Below are positions 18,730 through 28,685 of a stretch of DNA of 64,000 nt, one piece after another. Origin of the DNA: an uncultured Spirochaetota bacterium. Lineage in GTDB: Bacteria; Spirochaetota; Brevinematia; Brevinematales; JAOACQ01. The translations under genes were made by a program, and so were the position numbers. The notes below the pieces were generated by a model. That model was given only the letters and a program-made list of their open reading frames with translations. It did not search any database and was not told the DNA's origin. Each line of letters starts with the position of its first letter. The stretch's first letter is position 1. The stretch covers positions 352,001-416,000 of the forward strand of contig CAVYGN010000002.1 in the NCBI GenBank assembly GCA_963768055.1. The letters are read 5' to 3'.

Positions 18730-19719
18730 ATGAAGAGAATTATCGTCGCCCTGATTATTTTACTATCTTGCTCGGCCGGTGTTTTCGCTACTGTTCCACA
18801 AGCTCTTATTAACGAACTTACCAACGAATTGAGCCAGGTTATTTCAAATACCATATATCCGATATCTACCGAGATGGCCAAGCATATGGGTTACTATACG
18901 GGCGACGGCAACGTTTGCCCCGCCGATACGTCCGGGGATTTAAGCATCAAATTCGGCCTGGGCGGCGGAGTCAATCTCGCGCAGGTATTTTTCGATATGT
19001 TTAAAGGTACGAATATATTTACAAATTCCACCCCGAACTCTATGGACGATATCTATACTTCTTTAGATTCCGCTTTTGCGGCCGTCCCTTTCCCCTATGA
19101 CGACGGTTATTTCAAACTCGGGATCCCGGGGATGCCGATGGATGTCGGCCTGAGGCTGGGCGTTATACCTCTGACCAAAATACCCCTCGGGACCGGTTCG
19201 ACTATTACTTTCCAAGAATTTCATATAGGCGGCGAGGCCAGGTACGTGCTCTTTGATTTCATGAACCTGCTCAAAATCGACGGGCGCCTGTCGGTCGATT
19301 ACGACGGGGGCGACATCGAATATGCGGCCACAAACTCCGATGTAGCTTCGACTAACGGCTCTCAGATAGGGACTAACAATTATAACATGGATTTCAATTA
19401 CCAGTGGGGCGGCGTTTCCATCGGCACCAAGGTAATTGCCGGGCTCAATATTCCCTATTTCAGCCCTTTCGCAGGTGTAGGGTTTAATTTAAACTTCGGA
19501 AGGGTTACAACATCCATGACCCTGAACGACACTCTGGTGGTCGACGGAGGGGGAAATTATAGCCTGCCCCCGCTAGTAGGGAGCGCTCCACAAAATTATA
19601 ATCTTTTCGATATGAGGCTTATCGCCGGAGTAAAGATATTTATCATTAATTTTGCGGCTGAATACGGAGTCATTAACCAGGACTGGGATTTCACGGCCCA
19701 ATTTTCATTCGCATTTTAA
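18730..19719 (+). CDS. Putative outer-membrane beta-barrel protein
   Basis: Signal peptide, alternating beta-strand patterns and C-terminal FTAQFSFAF ending in Phe; has its own promoter and terminator. Confidence 0.7.
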   Translation: MKRIIVALIILLSCSAGVFATVPQALINELTNELSQVISNTIYPISTEMAKHMGYYTGDGNVCPADTSGDLSIKFGLGGGVNLAQVFFDMFKGTNIFTNSTPNSMDDIYTSLDSAFAAVPFPYDDGYFKLGIPGMPMDVGLRLGVIPLTKIPLGTGSTITFQEFHIGGEARYVLFDFMNLLKIDGRLSVDYDGGDIEYAATNSDVASTNGSQIGTNNYNMDFNYQWGGVSIGTKVIAGLNIPYFSPFAGVGFNLNFGRVTTSMTLNDTLVVDGGGNYSLPPLVGSAPQNYNLFDMRLIAGVKIFIINFAAEYGVINQDWDFTAQFSFAF

Positions 19720-19730
19720 CCTTCCAGGAT

Positions 19731-19765
19731 AAAAGGGCTGTCCCGAAAGGGCGGCCCTTTTTTTT
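19731..19765 (+). terminator. Rho-independent terminator
   Basis: AAAAGGGCTGTCCC-GAAA-GGGCGGCCCTTTTTTTT. Confidence 0.9.
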
Positions 19766-19849
19766 CATATCCTCATCAAAACAGAATTCTTTTAGGGTCT
19801 ATTTACGAAAATTCTATTCTTTGCTATATTTGTATTAGCTTTAGAGGAG

Positions 19850-20899
19850 ATGTTCATGGAAAGATTGATTGATGAAGCTACTACGGCGATATTAAAGGAT
19901 TCGTTCGAGAAAACCCTCACAAGGGACGTGGATATCAAGATGTACTCTTCCCAGCAGGGACAGTTCGCGGAATTTACCGCTGAATTTTTAAGGGAATTGG
20001 CACTGATCTCCGACAAGGTAAAGGTTGATATTTACAGCGCCGAGGAAGGCAGGAAGAAGGGTCATTCCACCGATCCGTACCTGGTATTCGGAGAGGGTCT
20101 GGGCTACCGCATATTTTTTAACGGAACACCGGCAGGCCATGAAGCCAACACGCTGATCGAAATATTAAAAATGGTATCGACAGGGGAACCCGGTCTTTCA
20201 AGCGATACCCTGGAGGCAGTAAAGATGCTTGACAAACCTGTCAAGCTCCAGACTTTTGTAACGACAACCTGTCCCTTCTGCCCGCAGGCGGCAACTCTCG
20301 CTAACAGGTTCGCAGTCGCGAACGCCGGACTTGTAACCTCGGAGGTGATAGAAGCCGAGGAAAACATGGGTATTTCCCAGGACCTCAACATATCGTCAGT
20401 CCCCGTGCAGGTCATTAATGACGACAGGGCGGCAGGCATGCTCGGAGTGCAGCCCGAATCGAAATTATTAATGGAAGTGCTCAAGCATGGATCGAATTCT
20501 TATCAGGAAATATTCGAAGCCCGGGAAAGGATAAGAAAAGAGGCAATGGTGCTGCATGACAATCCTGAAGGCATAGTTATGCTTGGGGATTCCAATTTTA
20601 ATGAGGCTGTAAAAAGATATCCGAAGCTCGTGGTAGACTGCTGGGCCGAGTGGTGCGCCCCATGCAAGATCATGGAACCGGTAATAAAAGAACTTTCGCG
20701 GGAATATTCAGGCAGGGTGGTTTACGCCAAGTTAAATGTCGATGAAAACCCTCAAATATCCGCCGAGTACCAGATTACATCCATCCCTACAATTCTCATT
20801 TTCAATAACGGGATAATATCCTCTTCACTCCTCGGGGCGCAGCCCAAACAGACCCTTGAGGACGAGATCGGCAAGGCGCTTAAACTTATAGTTATTTAA
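19850..20899 (+). CDS. Protein-disulfide oxidoreductase (PDO/AhpF-NTD-like) fused to thioredoxin
   Basis: FNGTPAGHE and FVTTTCPFCP (PDO fold) followed by VVDCWAEWCAPCK...LNVDENP...SIPT (thioredoxin). Confidence 0.88.
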   Translation: MFMERLIDEATTAILKDSFEKTLTRDVDIKMYSSQQGQFAEFTAEFLRELALISDKVKVDIYSAEEGRKKGHSTDPYLVFGEGLGYRIFFNGTPAGHEANTLIEILKMVSTGEPGLSSDTLEAVKMLDKPVKLQTFVTTTCPFCPQAATLANRFAVANAGLVTSEVIEAEENMGISQDLNISSVPVQVINDDRAAGMLGVQPESKLLMEVLKHGSNSYQEIFEARERIRKEAMVLHDNPEGIVMLGDSNFNEAVKRYPKLVVDCWAEWCAPCKIMEPVIKELSREYSGRVVYAKLNVDENPQISAEYQITSIPTILIFNNGIISSSLLGAQPKQTLEDEIGKALKLIVI

Positions 20900-21860
20900 C
20901 GGCTTTCAGGCATTTAACCATGTGAGAGTTATTAATATAAACTTCCGGGCTTGCATTTTCCAGACATTCTTTTTCAAATTTTTCACAGGATTGGGAAAAA
21001 GCGCAGCCTTTTAACAGAGGCCGTCTATCTATTTCGTCCTCAAAAACTATCCTTTTGCGTTTGATTTTTGGATCGGGGATCGGGATGGCGGATAAAAGTG
21101 AAATCGTATAAGGATGGACCGGGTTTTGAAAAAGTTCATCCGTCGGCGCCATTTCAACGATCTGACCCGAATACATGACCGCTATGATATGAGAGATGAG
21201 TTTAACTACTGCCAGGTCATGGGCAATAAAAAGATACGTCAAATTCATTTCTTTCTGAAAATCCATCAGAAGGTTCATTATCTGCGCCTGGATGGAAACA
21301 TCCAGGGATGAAACAGGCTCGTCGCATATTATAAAAGATGGGGAAAGGGCCAGCGCCCTCGCAATAGCTATCCTCTGCCTCTGGCCTCCGGAAAACTCAT
21401 GGGGATACCTGTAAATAATATCCGGTGCGAGCCCCACTTTTTGAATGAGCGCACTCACCCTGCCGGCCATCTCCTGCCTTGATTTCACCATCCTGTGAAT
21501 GGCAAGGCCCTCACCGACGATATCCAGAACTACGCGCCGGGGGTTTAGCGAGGAATACGGATCCTGGAAGACTATCTGCATATTTTGCCTTATTGCCCTC
21601 AAATCGCCGGCTTTTAAACCGAAAATATCCCTGCCCTCGAACAGGACGCTGCCCGAGGTCGCTTCCAGCAGTCTTAATACGCATCTTGACACGGTAGTTT
21701 TGCCGCATCCCGACTCGCCGACAAGGCCGAGAGTCATGCCCTTTTCAATACTGAAAGAAACATCGTCAACAGCGGCTAAATACCTTTTTCTACCGGTTAA
21801 TTTATCCGGACTGATTTTAAAATATTTTTTAAGATTTCTTACATCGACCAGTTTGTTCAT
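20892..21860 (-). CDS. oppF: Oligopeptide/dipeptide ABC transporter ATP-binding protein
   Basis: GESGCGKT, FQDPYSSLNP, YPHEFSGGQRQR and HPYT. Confidence 0.9.
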   Translation of the reverse strand: MNKLVDVRNLKKYFKISPDKLTGRKRYLAAVDDVSFSIEKGMTLGLVGESGCGKTTVSRCVLRLLEATSGSVLFEGRDIFGLKAGDLRAIRQNMQIVFQDPYSSLNPRRVVLDIVGEGLAIHRMVKSRQEMAGRVSALIQKVGLAPDIIYRYPHEFSGGQRQRIAIARALALSPSFIICDEPVSSLDVSIQAQIMNLLMDFQKEMNLTYLFIAHDLAVVKLISHIIAVMYSGQIVEMAPTDELFQNPVHPYTISLLSAIPIPDPKIKRKRIVFEDEIDRRPLLKGCAFSQSCEKFEKECLENASPEVYINNSHMVKCLKAVK

Positions 21861-21868
21861 GCCGCCTC

Positions 21869-22834
21869 CTAATATAGCCAGCAGGCTGTAGAACAGCCGG
21901 CCCCGACTTCCCTCGTTTCAGGAAATTTTTCCCTGCAGACCGGCATTACATAGGGACAGCGCGGGTGAAAAGTGCATCCGGCAGGAAGATCTGAGGGGTC
22001 CGGAATATTACCCGGTATTGCATAAAGCCTCCCTTTGGCTTTAGGGTTGGGCACTGATTTTATCAGGCCCATTGTATAAGGATGAAGGGGTTTTTCAAAA
22101 AGATCCAGCACGGGAGATTGTTCGATGATCTTACCGGTGTACATGACGGCTACTCTCCCGCAGACCTGGGCTACGATGCCTAAATTATGAGTGATCAGGA
22201 GCATCGACATTCCCAGTTCTTCCTGCAGGTCTTTAAGAAGATCGAGGATCTGCGCCTGAATCGTTACATCGAGGGCTGTCGTGGGTTCATCGGCTATCAG
22301 GAGCTCCGGAGACAGGATCAGAGCCATCGCGATCATAGCGCGCTGCCTCATGCCCCCCGACAATTCATGCGGAAAAGACTCGATCACCCTTTCAGGATCT
22401 TTCAGGCCTACATGGCCGAAAATACCTGCAGCCTTATCATGCATTTCATTAATGCCGCCCTTCTTATCGTGTATTAATAACACTTCTTCAACCTGTTTTC
22501 CGATCCGCTGAACAGGGTTGAAGCTTGTCAGAGGTTCCTGGAAGATCATGCTGATCTGAGACCCCCTTATATTCCTCATTTCTTCGATTGGAAGCCCGAG
22601 AAGGTCCCTTCCCTTCCAGAAAATACCATCGCCTGAAATCGCCCCGGGCGGCGAAGGAATCAGCCTCAATATCGATAGGGCGGTAGTGCTCTTTCCGCAG
22701 CCCGATTCTCCGACAAGGCCGAGAACTTCGCCTTTTGATATTGAGAGCGTTACTTCGCTGACAGCCCTGACCGGAAAACCGCCCGTTTCGAAGGTAACGG
22801 AAAGGTTCTTGATTTGAAGTATATTATCTGCCAT
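21869..22834 (-). CDS. oppD: Oligopeptide/dipeptide ABC transporter ATP-binding protein
   Basis: GESGCGKS, FPHELSGGMRQR, DEPTTALDVTIQAQ and C-terminal GCTFHPRC. Confidence 0.9.
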   Translation of the reverse strand: MADNILQIKNLSVTFETGGFPVRAVSEVTLSISKGEVLGLVGESGCGKSTTALSILRLIPSPPGAISGDGIFWKGRDLLGLPIEEMRNIRGSQISMIFQEPLTSFNPVQRIGKQVEEVLLIHDKKGGINEMHDKAAGIFGHVGLKDPERVIESFPHELSGGMRQRAMIAMALILSPELLIADEPTTALDVTIQAQILDLLKDLQEELGMSMLLITHNLGIVAQVCGRVAVMYTGKIIEQSPVLDLFEKPLHPYTMGLIKSVPNPKAKGRLYAIPGNIPDPSDLPAGCTFHPRCPYVMPVCREKFPETREVGAGCSTACWLY

Positions 22835-22852
22835 TAATTACCACCATTATTA

Positions 22853-23890
22853 TTACTCGATTTTATAGTATTCCTTGGGATCGAAGGCGTCCCTTACTCC
22901 CTCGCCGACAAATGCTGTGAGCAGAAGGATTAAAAACAAAAACACCGCCGGGAAGATGGACAGCCAGTAAGAGAAAAGATTGCCCAGGCCCTGGTGAAGA
23001 AGCTCTCCAATGCTGGGGGTCGGAGCCGGAAGGCCGAACCCGAGAAAATCGAGGGCTGAAAGTGAAAAAATAGCGCCGATCAGCGTGAAAGGAAAAAACG
23101 TGACAATGGGCGTCAGCGCGTTGGGAAGTATATGCCTGAACATTATAACTACGTTTCCCGCACCCAGCGCCTTCGATGCTTCTACAAACGGCATTTCACG
23201 CAATTTAAAAAATTCCGATCTGAGATAATAAGATATATCTATCCACTCGAAAATAGTGAACACTATAAGCAGTATCACAAAACTCTGACCGAGCGAGCTC
23301 CCCAGAATTATGACTATGTAGAGAAAAGGCAGGGCTGAGATTATTTCAATGAACCTCTGCATCGCAAGGTCGAAAATCCCCCCGTAAAACCCCTGGATCG
23401 ATCCGATTACAGTACCAAGCGCCATACTCGAGAATGTGATAAGGAGGGCAAAACTGAAACTGATCCTGAAACCGTAGAGAAGGCGTGTAAGAATGTCCCT
23501 TCCCCGGTCGTCGGTCCCCATTATGTTTTGCCAGGTGGGGGGAGTCGGCGGGTTGCCGGGCAAAGTAAGAAGAGATTCGTTGTATCCGTAAGGTATCAAG
23601 GGGAAAATAATAAAGTTGCCTTTATCTTTTTTAAATTCCTGGCTCGAGTTTATAGATTTATAATCGGGGACATCGGTCGCTTTAAGTCCGAAATTATCCC
23701 CCCTGTAAAACCTGAATACAGGGAAAAACAATTTGCCCTTGTAGGAAACAGCCAGGGGCTGGTCATTGGCTATAAAATCGGCAAACAGCGATATAATAAA
23801 AAGCACCGAGAGGATTATAAATGAATAATAAGCACGCTTCATCCTGACAAAATTCTTAAGTCTTTTTTTTGTTATCGGCGACAGGGTCAT
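22853..23890 (-). CDS. yejE: Peptide ABC transporter permease, YejE-like
   Basis: RAYYSF..FIANDQPL, MGTDDRGRD..RLLYGFRIS, LDFLGFGLP and GEGVRDAFDP. Confidence 0.85.
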   Translation of the reverse strand: MTLSPITKKRLKNFVRMKRAYYSFIILSVLFIISLFADFIANDQPLAVSYKGKLFFPVFRFYRGDNFGLKATDVPDYKSINSSQEFKKDKGNFIIFPLIPYGYNESLLTLPGNPPTPPTWQNIMGTDDRGRDILTRLLYGFRISFSFALLITFSSMALGTVIGSIQGFYGGIFDLAMQRFIEIISALPFLYIVIILGSSLGQSFVILLIVFTIFEWIDISYYLRSEFFKLREMPFVEASKALGAGNVVIMFRHILPNALTPIVTFFPFTLIGAIFSLSALDFLGFGLPAPTPSIGELLHQGLGNLFSYWLSIFPAVFLFLILLLTAFVGEGVRDAFDPKEYYKIE

Positions 23891-24915
23891 GCGGACCTCC
23901 CGCCGAACCTTATTCTGGGGTCGACAAGCACCAGGCAGAAATCCGATATGATCCTCCCGACCAGGAAAAGAAGGCTCGATATAACTATTATTCCAAGAGC
24001 AACAGGATAGTCCCTGTTGACAATGGACTCATACCCCAGAAGGCCCATCCCGTCAATCGTGAAAATTGTTTCAATGAATATCGAACCGGACAGCACGACG
24101 CCTATAATAGTCCCGATATTTGTCGCTATAGGGATCAGTGCATTCCGCAGCGCATGTTTTAATACGGCCTGATCGTAGGACAATCCTTTTGCAAGCGCCG
24201 TCCTCATATAATCCTGGCTCAATTGCTCCATCATTGAATTCTTCATGAGAAGCGAAAGCGCGGCGAAGTTCCCGATAGTATAGCACAGGACCGGCAGGAA
24301 CATATGGGAAATAAAATCCCAGATCTTTGAAAAAAACGGAAGCTGGTCAAAATTGTCGGAAACGAAACCGCTTATCGGAAATATATTAAGGAAACTCCCT
24401 CCCCCGAAAAGTACTATGAGAACTACACCCAGTGCAAAAGGAGGGATGGAATATCCTGTGAAAATCAGGACGCTTGAAACCTGGTCGAACGTCTGCCTGT
24501 TCGAAAGGGCCTTTTTTATGCCCAGGGGAATGCAGATGAGGTATGTAAGCAGGATGCTGGTAATTCCGAAAGTCAGGCTGACCGGCAGGCGGCTGAAAAT
24601 CACATCGGTTACGGGTTTTTCATATGTGTAAGACACGCCAAGGTCGAACTGAACAAGCTTTCCAAGCCAGTTGATATAGCGGACAAGGACAGGCTTGTCG
24701 AAGCCGTAATATCTCTTTATATTTTCCAGCTCCTCCTGAGTCATCGTGGACTGCAGGCTGCCCTGTCCCGATTCCTGCTGGGCCTTTTTTATTTTTTGAA
24801 GGGCCTGTTCGATCGGCCCTCCCGGTACAGCCTGCATTATAAAGAAACAGGCGACGGTTATGCCGAAAAGTGTCGGGAAGATCAGCAGGAAGCGCTTGAT
24901 AAAATATGAACCCAT
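23887..24915 (-). CDS. yejB: Peptide ABC transporter permease, YejB-like
   Basis: PGGPIEQ, YGFDKP, IPLGIKKA, HALRNALIP and LVDPRI. Confidence 0.85.
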   Translation of the reverse strand: MGSYFIKRFLLIFPTLFGITVACFFIMQAVPGGPIEQALQKIKKAQQESGQGSLQSTMTQEELENIKRYYGFDKPVLVRYINWLGKLVQFDLGVSYTYEKPVTDVIFSRLPVSLTFGITSILLTYLICIPLGIKKALSNRQTFDQVSSVLIFTGYSIPPFALGVVLIVLFGGGSFLNIFPISGFVSDNFDQLPFFSKIWDFISHMFLPVLCYTIGNFAALSLLMKNSMMEQLSQDYMRTALAKGLSYDQAVLKHALRNALIPIATNIGTIIGVVLSGSIFIETIFTIDGMGLLGYESIVNRDYPVALGIIVISSLLFLVGRIISDFCLVLVDPRIRFGGRSA

Positions 24916-24930
24916 TTGAATCCGTCCTCA

Positions 24931-26670
24931 TTATTTTCCAGTAAACTTATCGTAATACACATCAGTAGGTTCAGAGGGAAGAGCAGCGCCGCTTTTCTCG
25001 GCCTCATCCAGCTTTTTAACTTTTGCCGGATCATACCACCAGTAGCATATGATTTCGCTGTCTACATAGAAAACTCCTGCGAAGGTTCCATACTTCGAGA
25101 CATAGGTTTTAGGGTGGCCGAAAACGTTTTTATAGAACACCATGTCAAAGTTCGGCCGCCAGAAAAGTATCCATGGGACGTCGGAGTATATTATCGAATC
25201 TATCCGCCTGATTATTTTTGTTCTTTCACCCGTGTCAAAAATAGACGGAAGGGAGTCTATAAGCGCATCGACCCTGGGATTTTTATATCCGGGATAGTTG
25301 TTCCCGTTGAGTTCATCCGCATGCCGCGAGTGCCACAACTGCTCGGGATCTTCAAAAACCACGCCTGAAAATCCCATCCTGACCGCGTCGAACTTGTATT
25401 CGTCCATCCTTTTTGTCATAGTTGCAACCGATGTAAGGTCGAGATCGACCTTTACTCCCGCCTCTTTGCAGGACTGGGCGTATATCGTAAGATATTTTTC
25501 AATATCCTCGTTTATAACTGAAAGTATAGAAAATTCCAGCCTTTCACCCCGGCTGTTTACAAGATAGCCGTCCTTGTCGAGCTTATTGTACCCTGCTTCC
25601 GCAAGAAGTTTCTTGGCCCCTTCAGGATCGTACAGTACGGCGGGATTTTGGCTTATATCCGGGAAATATGAATTAAGCGGCTCAGCCATGCCGTAAAGCA
25701 GCTTGTCGATAATGGTTTTCCTGTCCAGGAGCATAAAAAGGGCCTTCCGGACCCTGACATCCCTGAAAACAGGTTTTCTTATATTAAGAGCCAGTCCGAC
25801 GAAAATTTTCGGCTTATGGTTGTATATCTTCTGTTTTACTATCCAGTTTTTTACGAATTTATCCGAACCGGTCTCGGTTACCCAGTGTCTCGGGGTCAAC
25901 TGATTATTACCGGAAAAAATGTCGAAATCGCCTTTTTTGAATGCCTCGAAGGCCACATCGTTTTCTCTGATGACTTTAAAGATTATTTTATCGAAATTGA
26001 ACATATGGGCCCTGTTGGGAAGAACATCCGCCCAGTAATCCTTTCTTCGCGTCAGGACATAACCCCTCCCGTCCTTTACATCCGTAAGGGCGTAAGGGCC
26101 GCTTGACCCGGGAAGCTCCATGTTGAAGCTTTTATTAAAATCCTTTCCTTGGTAAAGGTGCCTGGGCAATATATTCATTCCTGCAAGGGTTACGAAATTA
26201 AGGTAATTTACGTTTTTCGACTTAAACCGGATAGTATTTTTACCTGTAATTACCGGTTCGTCAAAGCGTATGAAAAAGAGCCTCTGGACCGATGTAAGGT
26301 TATGGGGATCCATTATAACATCATAGGTAAAACTGACGTCTTCCGCCGTTATGGGCTGTCCGTCGGACCACTTTGCCCTCGGATCGATCGTGAAGGTAAA
26401 GGTCTTTTTATCGGGCGATATATTCCAGGAATCCGCTATCAACGGCTCGAATTCAAGGGTATCGGGATTCAGGTCCAGCAAGGAATCGTAAATAAGCTGC
26501 GTCACCTGGTCGACATCGACTTCGTTGTTAATAAAAGAATTGAACGATTCGGGAAACTCCGGCGTATGCAGTGTGAGAACTCCTCCCCTGACCGCAGCCG
26601 GATCGCCCCCTTCGGCCCACAATGAAACCGCCAGGATAAACGGTATTATCGATATTAAAATTTTTTTCAC
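24931..26670 (-). CDS. yejA: Peptide ABC transporter substrate-binding protein, YejA-like (copy 1)
   Basis: GDPAAVRGG, AKWSDGQPITAEDV, SGPY, FNFDKI and FRDVRVRKAL. Start reassigned to the GTG at 26670 behind a GGAGG SD. Confidence 0.85.
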   Translation of the reverse strand: MKKILISIIPFILAVSLWAEGGDPAAVRGGVLTLHTPEFPESFNSFINNEVDVDQVTQLIYDSLLDLNPDTLEFEPLIADSWNISPDKKTFTFTIDPRAKWSDGQPITAEDVSFTYDVIMDPHNLTSVQRLFFIRFDEPVITGKNTIRFKSKNVNYLNFVTLAGMNILPRHLYQGKDFNKSFNMELPGSSGPYALTDVKDGRGYVLTRRKDYWADVLPNRAHMFNFDKIIFKVIRENDVAFEAFKKGDFDIFSGNNQLTPRHWVTETGSDKFVKNWIVKQKIYNHKPKIFVGLALNIRKPVFRDVRVRKALFMLLDRKTIIDKLLYGMAEPLNSYFPDISQNPAVLYDPEGAKKLLAEAGYNKLDKDGYLVNSRGERLEFSILSVINEDIEKYLTIYAQSCKEAGVKVDLDLTSVATMTKRMDEYKFDAVRMGFSGVVFEDPEQLWHSRHADELNGNNYPGYKNPRVDALIDSLPSIFDTGERTKIIRRIDSIIYSDVPWILFWRPNFDMVFYKNVFGHPKTYVSKYGTFAGVFYVDSEIICYWWYDPAKVKKLDEAEKSGAALPSEPTDVYYDKFTGK

Positions 26671-26712
26671 GGCCAAATTTCCTCCCCGAGATGTTATTAT
26701 ATAATTATACAC

Positions 26713-26807
26713 TGTCATTTCGAGCGTAGCGAGAAATCTTCCTTTCGAGCATAACGTTTATCCTGCCCAGGGGAAGATTTCTCGTCACTACGCTCCTCGA
26801 AATGACA
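26713..26807. repeat. REP-like repeat family A, full palindromic copy
   Basis: TGTCATTTCGAGCGTAGCGAGAAATCTTCC...GGAAGATTTCTCGTCACTACGCTCCTCGAAATGACA. Confidence 0.85.
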
Positions 26808-26808
26808 T

Positions 26809-28560
26809 CTATTCTTTCGCCAGGTCGTCGTAACGGACCTCGACCGGTTCTCCCGGCAGGGCCGTTCCGGATCTTTCCGCGTCCCTCAACATTTTAGCCT
26901 TTACCGGATCGTACCACCAGTAGCTGATAATCTGCATATCGATATTAAAGTAATAAAATTTGCCTATTTTGGAGACAACCGTTTTAGGTTTGCCGAACTC
27001 GTTTTTATAAAATACCGGATAAAAATCATAATCCCAGAAGAGTATATAAGGCACCCCGGGATATATTATCCTGTCCATCGCTTTTAATACATCATTCCTG
27101 GCCTCTATGCTGAAATTTCCCGCAAGTGAATCGATAAGCCTGTCCACGCGCGGGTTCTTATATCCGGGCAGGTTCCCGCCAACCAGTTCGTCCGCATGTT
27201 TCGAATGCCAGGTCTGCTCGGGGTCGTCGAAAATCGAGAAAGCCAGGCCGATGTTAACAGCGTCGAATTTATACTCGTCGATTTTTTTTATCAGCGTAGC
27301 CCAGGATGTGAGTTCAAGATCAATTTTTACTCCTGCCTGCCTGCAGGATTGTATATAGAGGGTAAGGCATTTTACCGAGTCTTCGTCGTCCTGGCGCGCC
27401 AGTATGGTGAATTCAAGCCTACGGCCATTTTTATCGACAAGGTAGCCGCCGCTGTCGAGTTTATCGTAGCCCGCAAGAATTAATAATTGCTTTGCCCCGG
27501 CAGGGTCGTACGGGATGGGCGGATTTTCGCTTAAGCTCGGCCAGTAAGAATTAATAGGCGTTTCAAATCCGTACATTAATTTGTCGATTATCGTCTTCCT
27601 GTCGAGAAGCATGGCAAGCGCGCGCCTGATCCTTATATCCGCGAAAAGGGGAATTCTCATGTTGAGCGCGAGCCCCCTGAAACCCCTGGGAAAATGATTG
27701 TATATTTTCTGTTTTACTACCCAGTTCTTTTTAAATTTCTCGCCGTCCGTCTCCGTAAACCACCTTTTAGGAGTGATCTGCCTCGGGCCGGCGCTCGTAT
27801 AAACATCGAAATCTCCACGTTTGAATGCCTCGAAGGAAACATTGTTGTCCCTTATGATCTTATATTCTATCCTGTCGAAATTGAACATATGATACCTGTT
27901 CGGCAGATGTTCCCCCCAGTAATTACGGGACCTGGATAAAACATAGGAACGGGTCCCGTTAACCTCAGCGAGGCTGTAAGGGCCGCTGGAGCAGGGCAGT
28001 TCCATGTTGAAGCTTTTGTTAAAGTCCTTCCCTTTATAAACATGCATGGGAAGAATATTCATCTCTGCGAGATTCGCAAAATTCAGGTAATGGACGAACC
28101 TTGCCCTGAATTCGACAGTGTAATCGTCGCGGATTACAGGTTCCTCGAACCGGGAAAAGAAAATCCTCTGGATTGAAGTCCTGTTGCCGGTATCCATGAT
28201 AACATCGTAGGTAAATTTTACATCCCGTGCCGTTAAAGGCTCCCCGTCGGACCACCTGGCCCTTCGGTCGAGCATGAACGTATAGTTTTTTTTATCGGCC
28301 GAGATCGTCCATGACTTCGCGATCAGGGGTTCGAATTCGAGCGTATCCGGATCTATGTCGAGAAGGGTATCGTAAACAAGATAGAAAACATCGGAGGCGT
28401 CGACCGAAGGGTTGACATAGAGGTTGAACGATTCGGGGAATTCAGATTTATTTACTACAAGGGTCCCTCCCCTTACAGCGTCGGGATCCCCGGAAAACGC
28501 CGCGCAGGACAGGGGCGCCAGCATTAACAGCAAAATATACCTTAAATGAAGCCATTTCAT
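26809..28560 (-). CDS. yejA: Peptide ABC transporter substrate-binding protein, YejA-like (copy 2)
   Basis: Colinear paralogue of 24931-26670 (GDPDAVRGG, DPDTLEFEPLIA, GKDFNKSFNMELP, YWWYDP). Confidence 0.85.
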   Translation of the reverse strand: MKWLHLRYILLLMLAPLSCAAFSGDPDAVRGGTLVVNKSEFPESFNLYVNPSVDASDVFYLVYDTLLDIDPDTLEFEPLIAKSWTISADKKNYTFMLDRRARWSDGEPLTARDVKFTYDVIMDTGNRTSIQRIFFSRFEEPVIRDDYTVEFRARFVHYLNFANLAEMNILPMHVYKGKDFNKSFNMELPCSSGPYSLAEVNGTRSYVLSRSRNYWGEHLPNRYHMFNFDRIEYKIIRDNNVSFEAFKRGDFDVYTSAGPRQITPKRWFTETDGEKFKKNWVVKQKIYNHFPRGFRGLALNMRIPLFADIRIRRALAMLLDRKTIIDKLMYGFETPINSYWPSLSENPPIPYDPAGAKQLLILAGYDKLDSGGYLVDKNGRRLEFTILARQDDEDSVKCLTLYIQSCRQAGVKIDLELTSWATLIKKIDEYKFDAVNIGLAFSIFDDPEQTWHSKHADELVGGNLPGYKNPRVDRLIDSLAGNFSIEARNDVLKAMDRIIYPGVPYILFWDYDFYPVFYKNEFGKPKTVVSKIGKFYYFNIDMQIISYWWYDPVKAKMLRDAERSGTALPGEPVEVRYDDLAKE

Positions 28561-28622
28561 AGATTAATCCCCTTCGGGAAAATTATAATTCCGGCGCGGG
28601 GGATAATCAAGAAATGCCCGCT

Positions 28623-28666
28623 AAAAGCGGCGGCCCCGTCCTTTATAAAGAAACGGGGCCGCTTTT
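28623..28666 (-). terminator. Terminator downstream of flaA (may act in both directions)
   Basis: GCGGCCCCGT...ACGGGGCCGC stem with T-tracts on both strands. Confidence 0.75.
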
Positions 28667-28685
28667 ATATGCAATATTGTGAAAT

